A DNA stretch of 64,000 bases. It comes from Meiothermus sp. Lineage in GTDB: Bacteria > Deinococcota > Deinococci > Deinococcales > Thermaceae. Location: NCBI GenBank assembly GCA_033762915.1, contig JANRLD010000006.1:1-64000 (forward strand). Direction: 5' to 3'. Shown here in pieces: positions 52,160 through 62,055 of this stretch. Below the pieces are notes generated by a model. That model was not told the origin of the DNA. It was given only the letters and a program-made list of their open reading frames with translations, and made no database searches. Numbering within the stretch: position 1 is the first letter of the stretch; every line of letters starts with the position of its first letter. A program made the translations under genes and the position numbers.

Positions 52160-53596
52160 ATGCCCAAAGAAGTCGTGTTGCCCGAGCTGGCCGAGTCGGT
52201 GGTGGAAGGCGAGATTCTGAAGTGGCTGCTCGAGGAGGGCCAGCCGATCAAGAAGGACCAGCCGTTCATCGAAGTCATGACCGACAAGGTCACCGTCGAG
52301 TTGCCCAGCCCTTACGAGGGCGTGCTGCTGCAAAAGCTGGTCAAGGAGGGCGACCTGGTCTCGGTCCACGCCCCCATCGCCCTGATCGCCGAGCCTGGGG
52401 AGGTGGCGGGGGCAATCACGGACAAAAAACCCGAACCCAAGCCAGCCCCGTCGGTGCAGGCCGCCGAGGAGCGCTCCATCGTGGAGCCGGGCAACGTGGT
52501 CGAGGACGACGGGGCGAACCTCTCGCTGTTCAGGCCGTCGGGCGGGGGCGAGACCGTGAAGAACCCCTTCGCAAAAACTCCCTCCCCCTCGGGGAGAGGG
52601 GCCGGGGGTGAGGGCCTTTCCACCAACGTCCACGGCCGGGTCATCGCAGTCCCGGCAGCGCGGAAGCTGGCGCGGGATCTGGGCCTGGAGATCTCCGGCA
52701 TCCCCGGCTCGGGGGCCAACGGGCGGGTGCGGGTCGAGGACGTGAAAGCCTTCGCCCAAACCGCAGCGCAGCCCGCCGCGCCCAGTGGCACGCAGCGCGC
52801 CGCGTCCCTTCAAACCCCGCCACCCGCATCGCCAGGCCCCGCCGGCTTCCCCGCCCCGGTGCAGTACAGATCGCCCAAGGGCTACGAGGACCAGGAGACT
52901 CGAGTCCCCCTGCGCGGCCTGCGCCGGGCCATCTCGAGCCAGATGCAGGCCAGCCACCTCTACACGGTCAGAACGCTCACCGTCGACGAAGTGGACATGA
53001 CCGAGCTGGTGGGGCTGCGGGGCCGCCTCAAGTCCGACGCCGAGGCCCAGGGAGCGAAGCTCAGCTACCTGCCGTTCATCTTCAAGGCCATCGCCAGAGC
53101 CCTCAAGAAGTACCCCAGCCTGAACTCCTCGATGGACGAGGCCCGGCAGGAGGTCGTGCTGAAGAGCTACTACCACATGGGCATGGCGGTGGCGGCGGAG
53201 GCGGGCCTAATTGTGCCGGTCATCAAAGATGTGGACAAGAAGAGCCTGCTGGACTTGGCGAGGGAGGTCACCGACCTGGCCGAGAAGGCCAGAACCGGCA
53301 AACTCTCGCCCGAGGAGATCGCGGGCTCGAGTTTCTCGGTCACCAACATCGGCTCCATCGGCGCGCTCTTCAGCTTCCCCATCATCAACGTGCCGGACGC
53401 GGCCATCCTGGGCATCCACAGCATCCAAAAACGCCCGGTGGTCAATGACAATGACGAGATCGTGGTCCGCCAGATGATGTACCTCTCCCTGAGCTTCGAC
53501 CACCGCCTGGTGGACGGGGCCGAGGCGGCCAGGTTCTGCAAGGAAGTGATCCGCCTGCTCGAGAAGCCCGAACGATTGATGCTCGAGGCGTTGTAG
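52160..53596 (+). CDS. Dihydrolipoamide acyltransferase E2
   Basis: Lipoyl EVMTDKV, PAARKLA E3-binding, FDHRLVDG. Confidence 0.93.
   Translation: MPKEVVLPELAESVVEGEILKWLLEEGQPIKKDQPFIEVMTDKVTVELPSPYEGVLLQKLVKEGDLVSVHAPIALIAEPGEVAGAITDKKPEPKPAPSVQAAEERSIVEPGNVVEDDGANLSLFRPSGGGETVKNPFAKTPSPSGRGAGGEGLSTNVHGRVIAVPAARKLARDLGLEISGIPGSGANGRVRVEDVKAFAQTAAQPAAPSGTQRAASLQTPPPASPGPAGFPAPVQYRSPKGYEDQETRVPLRGLRRAISSQMQASHLYTVRTLTVDEVDMTELVGLRGRLKSDAEAQGAKLSYLPFIFKAIARALKKYPSLNSSMDEARQEVVLKSYYHMGMAVAAEAGLIVPVIKDVDKKSLLDLAREVTDLAEKARTGKLSPEEIAGSSFSVTNIGSIGALFSFPIINVPDAAILGIHSIQKRPVVNDNDEIVVRQMMYLSLSFDHRLVDGAEAARFCKEVIRLLEKPERLMLEAL
52577..52615 (-). repeat. REP-like palindrome read in frame within the E2 linker
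   Basis: Reverse complement GCCCTCACCCCCGGCCCCTCTCCCCGAGGGGGAGGGAGT matches 17-51; encodes TPSPSGRGAGGEG. Confidence 0.7.
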
Positions 53597-53621
53597 TCTG
53601 TAAAAAAGAAGTCACAGCGTC

Positions 53622-54057
53622 ATGGAATTCGTCCTTGTCAGCTATACGGGCGCAAAGCCCATCCTGTTCGGCTCGTCAAGGGATGAAATGGACAAGATTT
53701 TGGGACGGCCGACTTGGGAGCAGCGTGGGGGTAGGCATGCACGCTATGGAGGACACGTCACTGTAATCGTGGAATTCGACATCAAGCGGCAGGTAGAGTT
53801 CATACAAACTTACCCAAACAACTGGGCGATTTTTGCGAGGAAAAACCTGCTTCAGCTAAAGTATGGGGCTGCTGAACAACTCCTCAAGGATTTCGACCCG
53901 AATGCGGCAAACGATCCCAAGAACTCCGTTGGCGTCGTCTCCCACCTATTGGGTGGGCATCTTCTGTCCTGAAGGCGCAGATAATCTCGACGCGGAGATA
54001 GAAAACGTGTACATGTTCCGACGCGGCTACTACGATTTGTTAAAGTCTGAAGGGTGA
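53622..54057 (+). pseudogene. Frameshifted lower-GC hypothetical gene inside the BCKDH operon
   Basis: Frame 1 runs to ...VVSHLLG; next frame continues VGIFCPE...FRRGYYD; shift near 53950. Confidence 0.6.
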
Positions 54058-54138
54058 AAACCCGAAAAATTCCCGCGCCGGATGAAATATAACCTGCGTC
54101 TTTGACTTTCCACAGGTGAACTCTGAGAATGAGGCGAT

Positions 54139-55530
54139 ATGGCTGAATACGACGTGATTGTGATTGGGACGGGGCCGGGCGGCTACCACGCGGCCATCCG
54201 GGCGGCGCAACTGGGCAAGAAGGTGCTGGCGGTGGAGGCCGAGTACGTGGGCGGGGTCTGCTTGAATGTGGGCTGCATCCCCACCAAGGCCCTGCTCCAC
54301 GCCGCCGAGGAGATGGATGCGGCGCGGCACTCCAGCGCCTTCGGCCTCGAGCTCGGTACCCCCAAGATGGATTTCAAGAAGCTGGGCGGCTGGCGCGACG
54401 GCATCGTGAAGAAGCTGACCGGCGGCGTAGGGCAGCTCCTCAAGGGAAACAAGATCGACCTGAAGACCGGCTTTGCCAAGTTCGTGGACAAGAACACCAT
54501 CGAGGTGGGGGGCGAGCGCCTCCAGGGCAAAACCTTCATCGTGGCCACTGGCTCCGAGCCCAACACCCTGCCGGGCTTCGAGGTTGATCAGAAGGACATC
54601 GTGGACTCCACCGGGGCCCTGCGGGTCGAAGAGAAGTTTCCCAAGCGAATGCTGTGCATCGGCGGGGGGGCCATCGGCCTCGAGTTCGCCCAGGTCTACC
54701 AGCGGATGGGCGCGGAGGTCACGGTCATCGAGTTCATGCCGCAGATTCTGCCCTCCGCCGACCCCGAGACCGCAGGCCTGCTGGCCAAAATCCTGACCAA
54801 GCAGGGCATCAAGCTCAAAACCGCCACCAAGGGCGTCAAGGTAGAGCGCAAGAAGGACGGGATGCACGTGACGCTCGAGGACGTGAAGTCGGGCGCGCAA
54901 GAGACCCTGGTGGTGGACAAGATCCTGGTCGCCACCGGCCGCCGGCCGCGCGGCAAGGGGCTGGGCCTCGAGGCCATCGGGGTTAAGGTGGACGAGCGCG
55001 GCTACGTCCCGACCAACGAGAAGATGGAGACCAACATCCCCGGCATCTACGCCATCGGCGACGTGACCCGTCAGCCGCTCCTGGCCCACAAGGCCATGAA
55101 GGAGGGCCTGATCGCCGCCGAGAACTGTGCGGGCGGCAATGCGGTGATGGACTACCAGGTGCCCAACGTGGTCTACACCAGCCCCGAGTGGGCGGCGGTG
55201 GGGATGACCGAGGAGGAGGCCGCCAAGGCCGGGTACAAGGTCAAGGTGGGCAAGTTCCCGCTCGCGGCCTCGGGCCGGGCCATGACCCTCGACGCCACCG
55301 ACGGCCTGATCAAGCTGATCGGCGACGCCGAGACCGACCTGCTGCTGGGGGCACACCTGGTCTCCCCCAACGCCTCGGACATGATCGCCGAGATGGCCCT
55401 GGCCCTCGAGATGGGCGCCACCGTGACCGACGTGGGCCTAACCGTCCACGCCCACCCCACCCTCTCCGAGGGCGTGATGGAAGCCGCCGAGCACCTGCAC
55501 AAGCAGGCCATCCACATCTCCAACCGGTGA
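54139..55530 (+). CDS. lpdA: Dihydrolipoyl dehydrogenase E3
   Basis: [36 protein letters not shown]. Confidence 0.95.
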   Translation: MAEYDVIVIGTGPGGYHAAIRAAQLGKKVLAVEAEYVGGVCLNVGCIPTKALLHAAEEMDAARHSSAFGLELGTPKMDFKKLGGWRDGIVKKLTGGVGQLLKGNKIDLKTGFAKFVDKNTIEVGGERLQGKTFIVATGSEPNTLPGFEVDQKDIVDSTGALRVEEKFPKRMLCIGGGAIGLEFAQVYQRMGAEVTVIEFMPQILPSADPETAGLLAKILTKQGIKLKTATKGVKVERKKDGMHVTLEDVKSGAQETLVVDKILVATGRRPRGKGLGLEAIGVKVDERGYVPTNEKMETNIPGIYAIGDVTRQPLLAHKAMKEGLIAAENCAGGNAVMDYQVPNVVYTSPEWAAVGMTEEEAAKAGYKVKVGKFPLAASGRAMTLDATDGLIKLIGDAETDLLLGAHLVSPNASDMIAEMALALEMGATVTDVGLTVHAHPTLSEGVMEAAEHLHKQAIHISNR

Positions 55531-55604
55531 GCGGAGGCTCGAGGGTTTTGGCGGACCGAGCTACCAGGATTTTTTACCTGTTGAGATATCCACCCCCGCC
55601 AAAG

Positions 55605-55638
55605 AAAGGGGACTCGAGCCAGCCTCGAGTCCCCTTTT
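55605..55638. terminator. Bidirectional intrinsic terminator
   Basis: AAAGGGGACTCGAG/CTCGAGTCCCCTTTT between convergent genes. Confidence 0.8.
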
Positions 55639-55648
55639 CCCTCTAACC

Positions 55649-56848
55649 CTACCGAACCGCTTCGGCCCTCCGCTGGGCCTCCTCGAGGGCCTGTCTCGCG
55701 GGCACATTGCCTTTCAGGGCTTTCTCGAGGGCCTCCTCCAAGAAGTTGCGCCAGATGGCAAACTGGGGCACCCTGGGGCGCGGCTGTGAAACCGCGATCT
55801 GCTGGAAAGCCACCCGGCGGTAGGGGTTTTCCCTGTAGAAGTTCTCGAGGAGCGGCTCGGCGCTCCGGCGCAGCGGCACGTAGTAGCTGGCTTCGACCCA
55901 GGTCTTGATGTTCTCGGGCTCCATCATGAAGCGCCAGAACTCAAAGGCCCCGCGCTGCTGGGCCTCGCTGGCCCCCCGCACCACCACCAGTTGCGCCCCG
56001 CCCAGCGGCACCCTGCCACCCTGTTCGCGGGGGATCGGCGCCACCCCCAGCTTGAAGGCGAAAGAGGCCTGCTCGGCGGCGGGCCAGTTGGCGATAGAGG
56101 CGAAGACCATCATCCCCTTGGTGCGGATGAAGTCCACCTGCGCGAAGGTAGACTCGGCCAGGTTGCGGACGCTGGTGGAGCCGCTGCGCCCCAGGCCCTG
56201 CATGAACTCGAGGGCCTCCACCACCTCGGGGCTGGTGAAGTTGGGCCGCCCGTCGCGGGTGACCAGATTGCCGCCCCGCGTGGTCACCTGGGCCTCGAAG
56301 GTCCAGGACTCCGAGATGGCGATGAAGCCCTTGGAGCTTCGGCTGGTCAAGGCCCGGGTGACGTTGGCGAACTCGGCCCAGGTGCGGGGCGGCTGCAAGC
56401 CCCTGGCCCGCAGTTGGGTCTCGTTAAAGAACAGGACCGGGGTCGAGGTGTTGAGCGGTAGCCCGTAGCGGCGGCTGTTGATCAGGCCGTAGTCCCAGGC
56501 CGGGTCGAACAGGTCGTCGACAAAAGCCCTGGGCAGCGCGCCTGCGAGGTCGTCGAGGGGAAGCACCGCGTTCTCGGCCACCAGGCGCGGGAACAACAGA
56601 ATCTCAGCCTGGAACATCACCGGCGCACCGCCCGCCCGCAGGGCCGCGATCAGGCGGTTCTCGCCCTCGCGGTAGTCGCCGACGTACCTCGAGTTGACCC
56701 GGAACTGCTGCTGCCGGGCATTGAAGGCCTGGGCAAAGCCGTCCAGCACCCTCCCTGCCGGGCCGTCCATGCTGTGCCAGAAGGGAATCTCGGTCTGTGC
56801 GAAGGCCAGACTTGCCGCGATGGTCAAACCCGCAAGGATACGCTTCAC
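55649..56848 (-). CDS. ABC substrate-binding protein (UgpB-like)
   Basis: Signal peptide, FWHSM, YGLPLNTSTPVLFFN, PPRTW. Confidence 0.85.
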   Translation of the reverse strand: MKRILAGLTIAASLAFAQTEIPFWHSMDGPAGRVLDGFAQAFNARQQQFRVNSRYVGDYREGENRLIAALRAGGAPVMFQAEILLFPRLVAENAVLPLDDLAGALPRAFVDDLFDPAWDYGLINSRRYGLPLNTSTPVLFFNETQLRARGLQPPRTWAEFANVTRALTSRSSKGFIAISESWTFEAQVTTRGGNLVTRDGRPNFTSPEVVEALEFMQGLGRSGSTSVRNLAESTFAQVDFIRTKGMMVFASIANWPAAEQASFAFKLGVAPIPREQGGRVPLGGAQLVVVRGASEAQQRGAFEFWRFMMEPENIKTWVEASYYVPLRRSAEPLLENFYRENPYRRVAFQQIAVSQPRPRVPQFAIWRNFLEEALEKALKGNVPARQALEEAQRRAEAVR

Positions 56849-57223
56849 AGGGTTTCCTCCTAGAGATGGGCCTATTCTATCGGGAATAGGCCCGGGGATA
56901 ATCAGGACAGGCCCGATCGTGCCCGGCCAGGCCCTTAAGCAAGCCCGTCGCCGCCCGCCGTACAGGGTGGTTTTGCATCTTAGCGCGTTAGGCCCGCCCA
57001 GCAGACCGGTCGGTCGAAGCCCATTGCCACGACCGTCGGACAGACCCCGACGGGTCCGGGCCGGTGGGCTCTGGGGGCCTCTGGCGCAAACGAAGGCAGA
57101 GCTCGAGCAGCCGAACCCGTCCCGGCACAGCCGCCCTCAAGGGCACCGGGCCAGGGCAGTAGGCTCCGCCCCCTCGAGCTCGAGCACCCCAACTCCCAGA
57201 GAATTGATAAGCTATAGCCTGGG

Positions 57224-57817
57224 ATGAACATTCTCATCGTCTATGCACACCCCAATCCCAACTCTTTCAACGCCGCTATGCGCGAGGTCGCGGTGGGGGC
57301 GCTGAGCCGGGCTGGGCACAGCATTCTGACCTCTGATCTCTACGCCATGCACTTCAACCCCGTCCTGAGCGCCAGGGAGCTGGCGGGCGACCACCACGCG
57401 CTCAAGGCCGAGATGAGCAAGGTGCACCGGGCCGACATGCTGCTGTTCCAGTTCCCCGACTGGTGGTACGGGATGCCCGCCATCATGAAGGGCTGGGTGG
57501 ACCGGGTCTTCGCTCAGGGATTCGCCTACGACGAGGGGCAGGAGTTCGAGAAGGGTCTGCTGCGCGGCAAAAAAGCCATGATCTCCATGACCGTCGGCTA
57601 CCCCAAAAGCTACTACGCCCAGGCCCCCCAGCGCGACCTGATGCGCGTCCTCGAGCCCATCCACTACGGCTACTTCGCCTACTGCGGCCTCGAGGTGCTG
57701 CCCCCCTACGTCGTCTACGCCCCTGGCGGCATGTCCGACGCCGAGCGGCGGGACGTGCTCGAGGACTACCGGCTGTATCTGATGGAGCTACACAAGGTGA
57801 AACCGCTGGTGTTTTGA
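57224..57817 (+). CDS. NAD(P)H:quinone oxidoreductase, flavodoxin-2 fold
   Basis: ILIVYAHP...SFN, SDLYAMHFNP, FPDWWYGMPAIMKGWVDRV. Confidence 0.9.
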   Translation: MNILIVYAHPNPNSFNAAMREVAVGALSRAGHSILTSDLYAMHFNPVLSARELAGDHHALKAEMSKVHRADMLLFQFPDWWYGMPAIMKGWVDRVFAQGFAYDEGQEFEKGLLRGKKAMISMTVGYPKSYYAQAPQRDLMRVLEPIHYGYFAYCGLEVLPPYVVYAPGGMSDAERRDVLEDYRLYLMELHKVKPLVF

Positions 57818-57990
57818 GGGCGACGGGGGAAGGGGAACGCCAACCCCGAGGCCAAGAAAGGGCCGGGCTGAGAAGGCAAAAGACCGCATGCGCGACCCGC
57901 CCCTAACCCCTTCACCTGTGGTTTCTATCAACCCCTGTTCCTCATCCACCCTACTCGAGGTAAGCCATCGAATCCCTCACCCAAGGTGCC

Positions 57991-58536
57991 GTGCGCGAGA
58001 TGGTTTGGAACGCACTTTCGCAGCACCGCATCGCCACCTACCCAACACCGCCGCACGGGCACTATCCCAACTTCGTGGGGGCCGGGCGGGCGGCGGAGCG
58101 GCTCGAGGCGCTGCCGGTTTTCCGAAACGCCAAGACCATTTTGGCTGGGCCGGACATGGTGCTCAAACCGCTGCGCGAGACGGCCATGCGCTCGGGCAAG
58201 ACCGTCGTCCTGCCGCACCCCGACAAGGCGGGGAAGTACCTGAGCCTGGCGGGTTTGCAGCCCTCCCAGCTCAAGCGGGTGCGTGACGTGGCGCAGTTGG
58301 GCCAGCCGGTCGAGCTGGTGAGCACCCCCGTTGACCTGGTGCTGGTGGGCTGCGTCGCTGCCGATGAGCGGCTGGGCTGGCTGGGCAAGGGGTACGGGTT
58401 TCCATATGGGCGGCTCGAGGTCGGGGCGCCGTGGGCAACGCTGGCCCACACGGTCATGCTGTTCGATGTGCTGCCCTGCGAGGCCGAGCGCAAAATCAGC
58501 CTGATCGCCACGCCCCACCAGGTGCTGGGGGTTTAA
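57991..58536 (+). CDS. 5-formyltetrahydrofolate cyclo-ligase family protein
   Basis: PNFVGA, VDLVLVGCVA, LGKGYGF, LIATP. Confidence 0.75.
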   Translation: MREMVWNALSQHRIATYPTPPHGHYPNFVGAGRAAERLEALPVFRNAKTILAGPDMVLKPLRETAMRSGKTVVLPHPDKAGKYLSLAGLQPSQLKRVRDVAQLGQPVELVSTPVDLVLVGCVAADERLGWLGKGYGFPYGRLEVGAPWATLAHTVMLFDVLPCEAERKISLIATPHQVLGV

Positions 58537-58667
58537 GTGTCTCTATAGTTGCAATGCGAACTATCGCCCGCCAGCTCCCGCAGGGAATTGCGCCTCGGGT
58601 AGCCACTCCGCACTGGCACGTATTTGCCGCTTCCGCCGATTCCGCACTTCTACCCAGGCGCAACTTT
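58534..58667 (+). mobile_element. MITE family A copy A4
   Basis: TA|AGTGTCTCTATAGTTG...ACCCAGGCGCAACT; begins on upstream stop codon; aligns to A3. Confidence 0.75.
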
Positions 58668-58705
58668 GCACTCAGCCCTCGGCGTTTTGCGCTAAGCTAT
58701 CCCCC

Positions 58706-59455
58706 GTGTTCACCAGCCCGCTGATCGCGGTTCCGCACGGCTTCACCACACGCGAGGGCGGGGTCTCCCCCGCCCCCTACGATTCGCTCAACCTGGGGCT
58801 TTCGACCAGCGACGACCCCGCGCTGGTGGAAGAGAACCGCAGGCTTTTGCTCTCGAGGTTCGGCAACCCGCCCGTGGCCGGGCTGGACCAAGTCCACGGC
58901 AGCGAGATCCACTGTGTGGAAGGCCCCGGCTCCTGGGAGGGTGACGGGCTGCTGACCGACACGAGAGGGCTGCTCCTGCGGGTCGCGGTGGCCGACTGCT
59001 TCCCGATTCTGCTGCACGACCCCAGGCGAAACGTCGTCGGCGCTCTGCACGCGGGCTGGCGCGGTGTGGCCAAGGAGATTTTGCCGAAGGCCCTGAAGGC
59101 CATGCAAACCCGCTACCGCTCCGACCCCGCCGACGTTCGCCTGGCCCTAGGCCCCGGCATCAGTGGCCCGCGCTTCCAGGTGGGCGCGGAAGTGGCAGAG
59201 CAGTTCAGGGCGCTGGGCTTCGAGAGTGACCGGCCCGACCCCGATGCCCAGGGGAAGTTCCTGCTCGACCTCGAGGCCGTCCTCCGGCAGCAAGCCGCCC
59301 AAAACGGCATTCGGCCCGACCACTTCTGGTCGCTGGGCCTGTGCACCGTCTCCGACCCCCGCTTCTTCTCCCACCGCCGCGATCGGGGCGTGACGGGGCG
59401 GATGTGGGCGGTGATCGCGCTGCCGTTCACGCCCCCCCAATTCCCCATTGCGTAA
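58706..59455 (+). CDS. pgeF: Peptidoglycan editing factor PgeF/YfiH
   Basis: HGFTTREGG, QVHG, ADCFPIL, HAGWRG, FFSHRR. Confidence 0.92.
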   Translation: MFTSPLIAVPHGFTTREGGVSPAPYDSLNLGLSTSDDPALVEENRRLLLSRFGNPPVAGLDQVHGSEIHCVEGPGSWEGDGLLTDTRGLLLRVAVADCFPILLHDPRRNVVGALHAGWRGVAKEILPKALKAMQTRYRSDPADVRLALGPGISGPRFQVGAEVAEQFRALGFESDRPDPDAQGKFLLDLEAVLRQQAAQNGIRPDHFWSLGLCTVSDPRFFSHRRDRGVTGRMWAVIALPFTPPQFPIA

Positions 59456-59596
59456 TCACCTGAACCTCCACCCAGCCGGGGTTTTGGGCGGGTTTCGTCT
59501 CGAGTCAGTTCCGGCCCTTAGCGCCGGATTTACGCCGTCCCTAACGCGGGTATCTGCGGTACGGGGTTTTATCATGCCTGTTGCGAGCAGGTTTGT

Positions 59597-60790
59597 ATGC
59601 GAAAAACACCCCTTCCCTTTGCCCTCCCCGACATCACCGAAGCCGAAGTGGCGGCCGTTGCCGAAGTGCTGCGCTCGGGCTGGCTCACCGCCGGTCCCAA
59701 GGTGGCTGCCTTCGAGACCGCCTTCGAGGAGCAGACCGGCTTCGCCCACGCGGTCGCGGTCAACTCCGGCACCGCCGCGCTGCACCTGGCCCTGAGTGCC
59801 ATCGGGCTCGAGGAGGGCGACGAGGTGATCACCAGCCCCTACACCTTCGCCTCCACCGCCGCCGTGGTGCGCTACTTCGGGGCCCGCCCAGTCTTCTGCG
59901 ACATCGAGGCCGAGAGCCTCAACCTCGACCCCTCCCTGCTACTCCAGCACCTCAGCCCCAAGACCAGGGCCATCATCGTCGTACACGTGGCGGGCAATCT
60001 GGCCAACACCCAGGCAGTCTGCGACTTCGCCCGGCGCTACGGGCTGGTGGTGATCGAAGACGCCGCCCACGCCCTCCCGGTCCAGGCCAAGCGCAGCCCC
60101 GCCGACTTCGTGTGCTTCAATTTCTACGCCACCAAGGCCCTGACCAGCGCCGAAGGCGGGATGGTCTGCACCCGCCGCCCGGAGTGGGCTGCCCACCTCC
60201 GCCAAATGGCCCGGCACGGCCTCAGCCGCGACGCCTGGAGCCGCAACGGCCAGGGGGGCTCGTGGTACTACCAGGTTCAGGCCGCCGGCTACAAGTACAA
60301 CCTCAGCGATGTTTCGGCGGCCCTGGGCCTGGTGCAGCTCGAGCGCTCCCAGGAGATGTGGCAGCGCCGCCTGGAGATCGCGCGGGCCTACAACAAGGTC
60401 TTCGCCGAGGTGCCGGAGTTGCAGGTTCCGCAGGCCACCGTCCCGCACTCCTGGCACCTCTACACCCTGCGCCTCGACCTGACCCGGCTCGAGATCGGGC
60501 GCTCGGGCTTCGTGGAGGAACTGCGCGAGCACGGCATCGGCACCGGCGTCCACTTCATCCCGCTGCACCTCCAGCCCTACTACCAGCAGACCTTTGGCTA
60601 CGAGCCCGACGACTGCCCGGTGGCCCACCGGGAGTACCTGCGCGAAGTCTCGCTGCCGATCTACTCGAGGATGACCGACCGCGACGTGCGCGACGTGATC
60701 AAGGCGGTGCTACAGACCGTGAAGGAGAACACCCGGGCCAGACAGACCGCAGTAGCGCCGAGGAAGGATCTGAGGCTGGTCGGGGCGTGA
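59597..60790 (+). CDS. DegT/DnrJ/EryC1/StrS PLP aminotransferase
   Basis: VNSGTAALHL, IEDAAHA, FYATK, EGGM, GYKYN, VHFIPLH. Confidence 0.92.
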   Translation: MRKTPLPFALPDITEAEVAAVAEVLRSGWLTAGPKVAAFETAFEEQTGFAHAVAVNSGTAALHLALSAIGLEEGDEVITSPYTFASTAAVVRYFGARPVFCDIEAESLNLDPSLLLQHLSPKTRAIIVVHVAGNLANTQAVCDFARRYGLVVIEDAAHALPVQAKRSPADFVCFNFYATKALTSAEGGMVCTRRPEWAAHLRQMARHGLSRDAWSRNGQGGSWYYQVQAAGYKYNLSDVSAALGLVQLERSQEMWQRRLEIARAYNKVFAEVPELQVPQATVPHSWHLYTLRLDLTRLEIGRSGFVEELREHGIGTGVHFIPLHLQPYYQQTFGYEPDDCPVAHREYLREVSLPIYSRMTDRDVRDVIKAVLQTVKENTRARQTAVAPRKDLRLVGA

Positions 60791-60946
60791 GGGCTCGAGC
60801 AGGCTGCTAACGCGACCCTCTCCGGACAGCTGGTCAATCCCGACTGCCTGAGCGCTCGCGCGCCTGTGCTGCTACGGCTTGGTGGAAGCCAAAGCGGCGG
60901 TGGCTACGTACGGTCGGTGTATTGATGAGGTGGTAAATCTCGGTGT

Positions 60947-61068
60947 TAAGTATCTCCATAGTGGAATTGCAGCATCCGCACTCACCGATAGATCGGGCAA
61001 TTGCGCCCACAAGCCGCTCGCTGATGAGGTTGTGCTGAAGTCCTGCAATCTCACTATGGCGCAACTTA
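60947..61068 (+). mobile_element. MITE family A copy A5
   Basis: TIR TAAGTATCTCCATAGTG...CACTATGGCGCAACTTA; near-identical to A6. Confidence 0.8.
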
Positions 61069-61115
61069 CGACCCCTGTAGTGGAACTACTCGATTGAATG
61101 GCTGACTGTCAGCGC

Positions 61116-62042
61116 CTACAGTCTTCCCAGTGCGGTCTCGACGGCAGCCAAGTCCTGCACCCCCAGCCCCACCAGCTTGGCCACGGTGAGGTCGTGGGGG
61201 CCGGTTCGTCCGGCAATCTCCCCGCTTATAACCTTGCCGATCTCGGGCAGCTTGAGGCCGTCTAGCAACCCCTGACGAGAGGCCAGTTCTACCTCGCCGC
61301 GCACCAAGTTGGCCTCGGCCGAGTCCACGAATACTTTGGCTTTGGCCAGGACGGCGGTCTCGAGCTCGACCTTCCCCAGCCCGTCGCCGCCCAATGCGGT
61401 GATATGCATCCCCGGGCGGAGCCACTCGGCCCTGACCAGCGGCTCGCGGCTGCTTGTGGCGGTTATGAGCAGGTCGGACTGCTCGACTACCGATTGCACA
61501 CTCGAGACCGCATCGACCTCGACGCCCTCGAGTTCGCCCCGCAGGTGGTCGGCCAGGGCTTGGGCCTTCCCGGGGTTCCGGCCCCACACCAGCAGCCGTT
61601 CGAACTTCCGTACCAGGCTCAGGGCCAGCGGTTGCAGCCGGCCCTGGGTGCCCGTACCCAGGATGCCAACGGTTCTGATTCCTTCGGGGGCGAGGGCCCG
61701 GGCTGCCGCCGCGCCCGCCGCCGCGGTGCGCAGGTCGGTGAGGTAGCCGCCGTCTTGCAGCAGCGCGGCAGGCTCCCCAGTGAGGGCGTCGAAGACCATC
61801 TGCACCCCGTTTAGCGGCATCGGGGCGTGTCCGGGGAAGCTGGTCGCCACCTTCACCACGAAGAGGTGTCCGCCCAGCAGATGTCCATTCTTGACGTGGA
61901 CCTCGTTCTGACCCCACTCGAGGTGTGCGATCGAGCTGACTGCCCGGCCCGCGCTGTACTCCACCAAGCTCCGGGCGACGGGCTCGAGCAGGTGCTCAAG
62001 ACGTACGGCGGCCTTGATTTGTTCGGCTGTGTAGTGCTTCAT
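61116..62042 (-). CDS. Ornithine cyclodeaminase/mu-crystallin family protein
   Basis: LTDLRTAAAG, GILGTGTQG, ITATSS, GMHITALG, GLGVQD. Confidence 0.9.
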   Translation of the reverse strand: MKHYTAEQIKAAVRLEHLLEPVARSLVEYSAGRAVSSIAHLEWGQNEVHVKNGHLLGGHLFVVKVATSFPGHAPMPLNGVQMVFDALTGEPAALLQDGGYLTDLRTAAAGAAAARALAPEGIRTVGILGTGTQGRLQPLALSLVRKFERLLVWGRNPGKAQALADHLRGELEGVEVDAVSSVQSVVEQSDLLITATSSREPLVRAEWLRPGMHITALGGDGLGKVELETAVLAKAKVFVDSAEANLVRGEVELASRQGLLDGLKLPEIGKVISGEIAGRTGPHDLTVAKLVGLGVQDLAAVETALGRL

Positions 62043-62055
62043 GGGTATCCTCGAG

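Noticed and set aside
56850..57220. 370-bp GC-rich divergent intergenic region with short stems
   Set aside because: No convincing ORF, repeat-family match or RNA motif recognised by eye.
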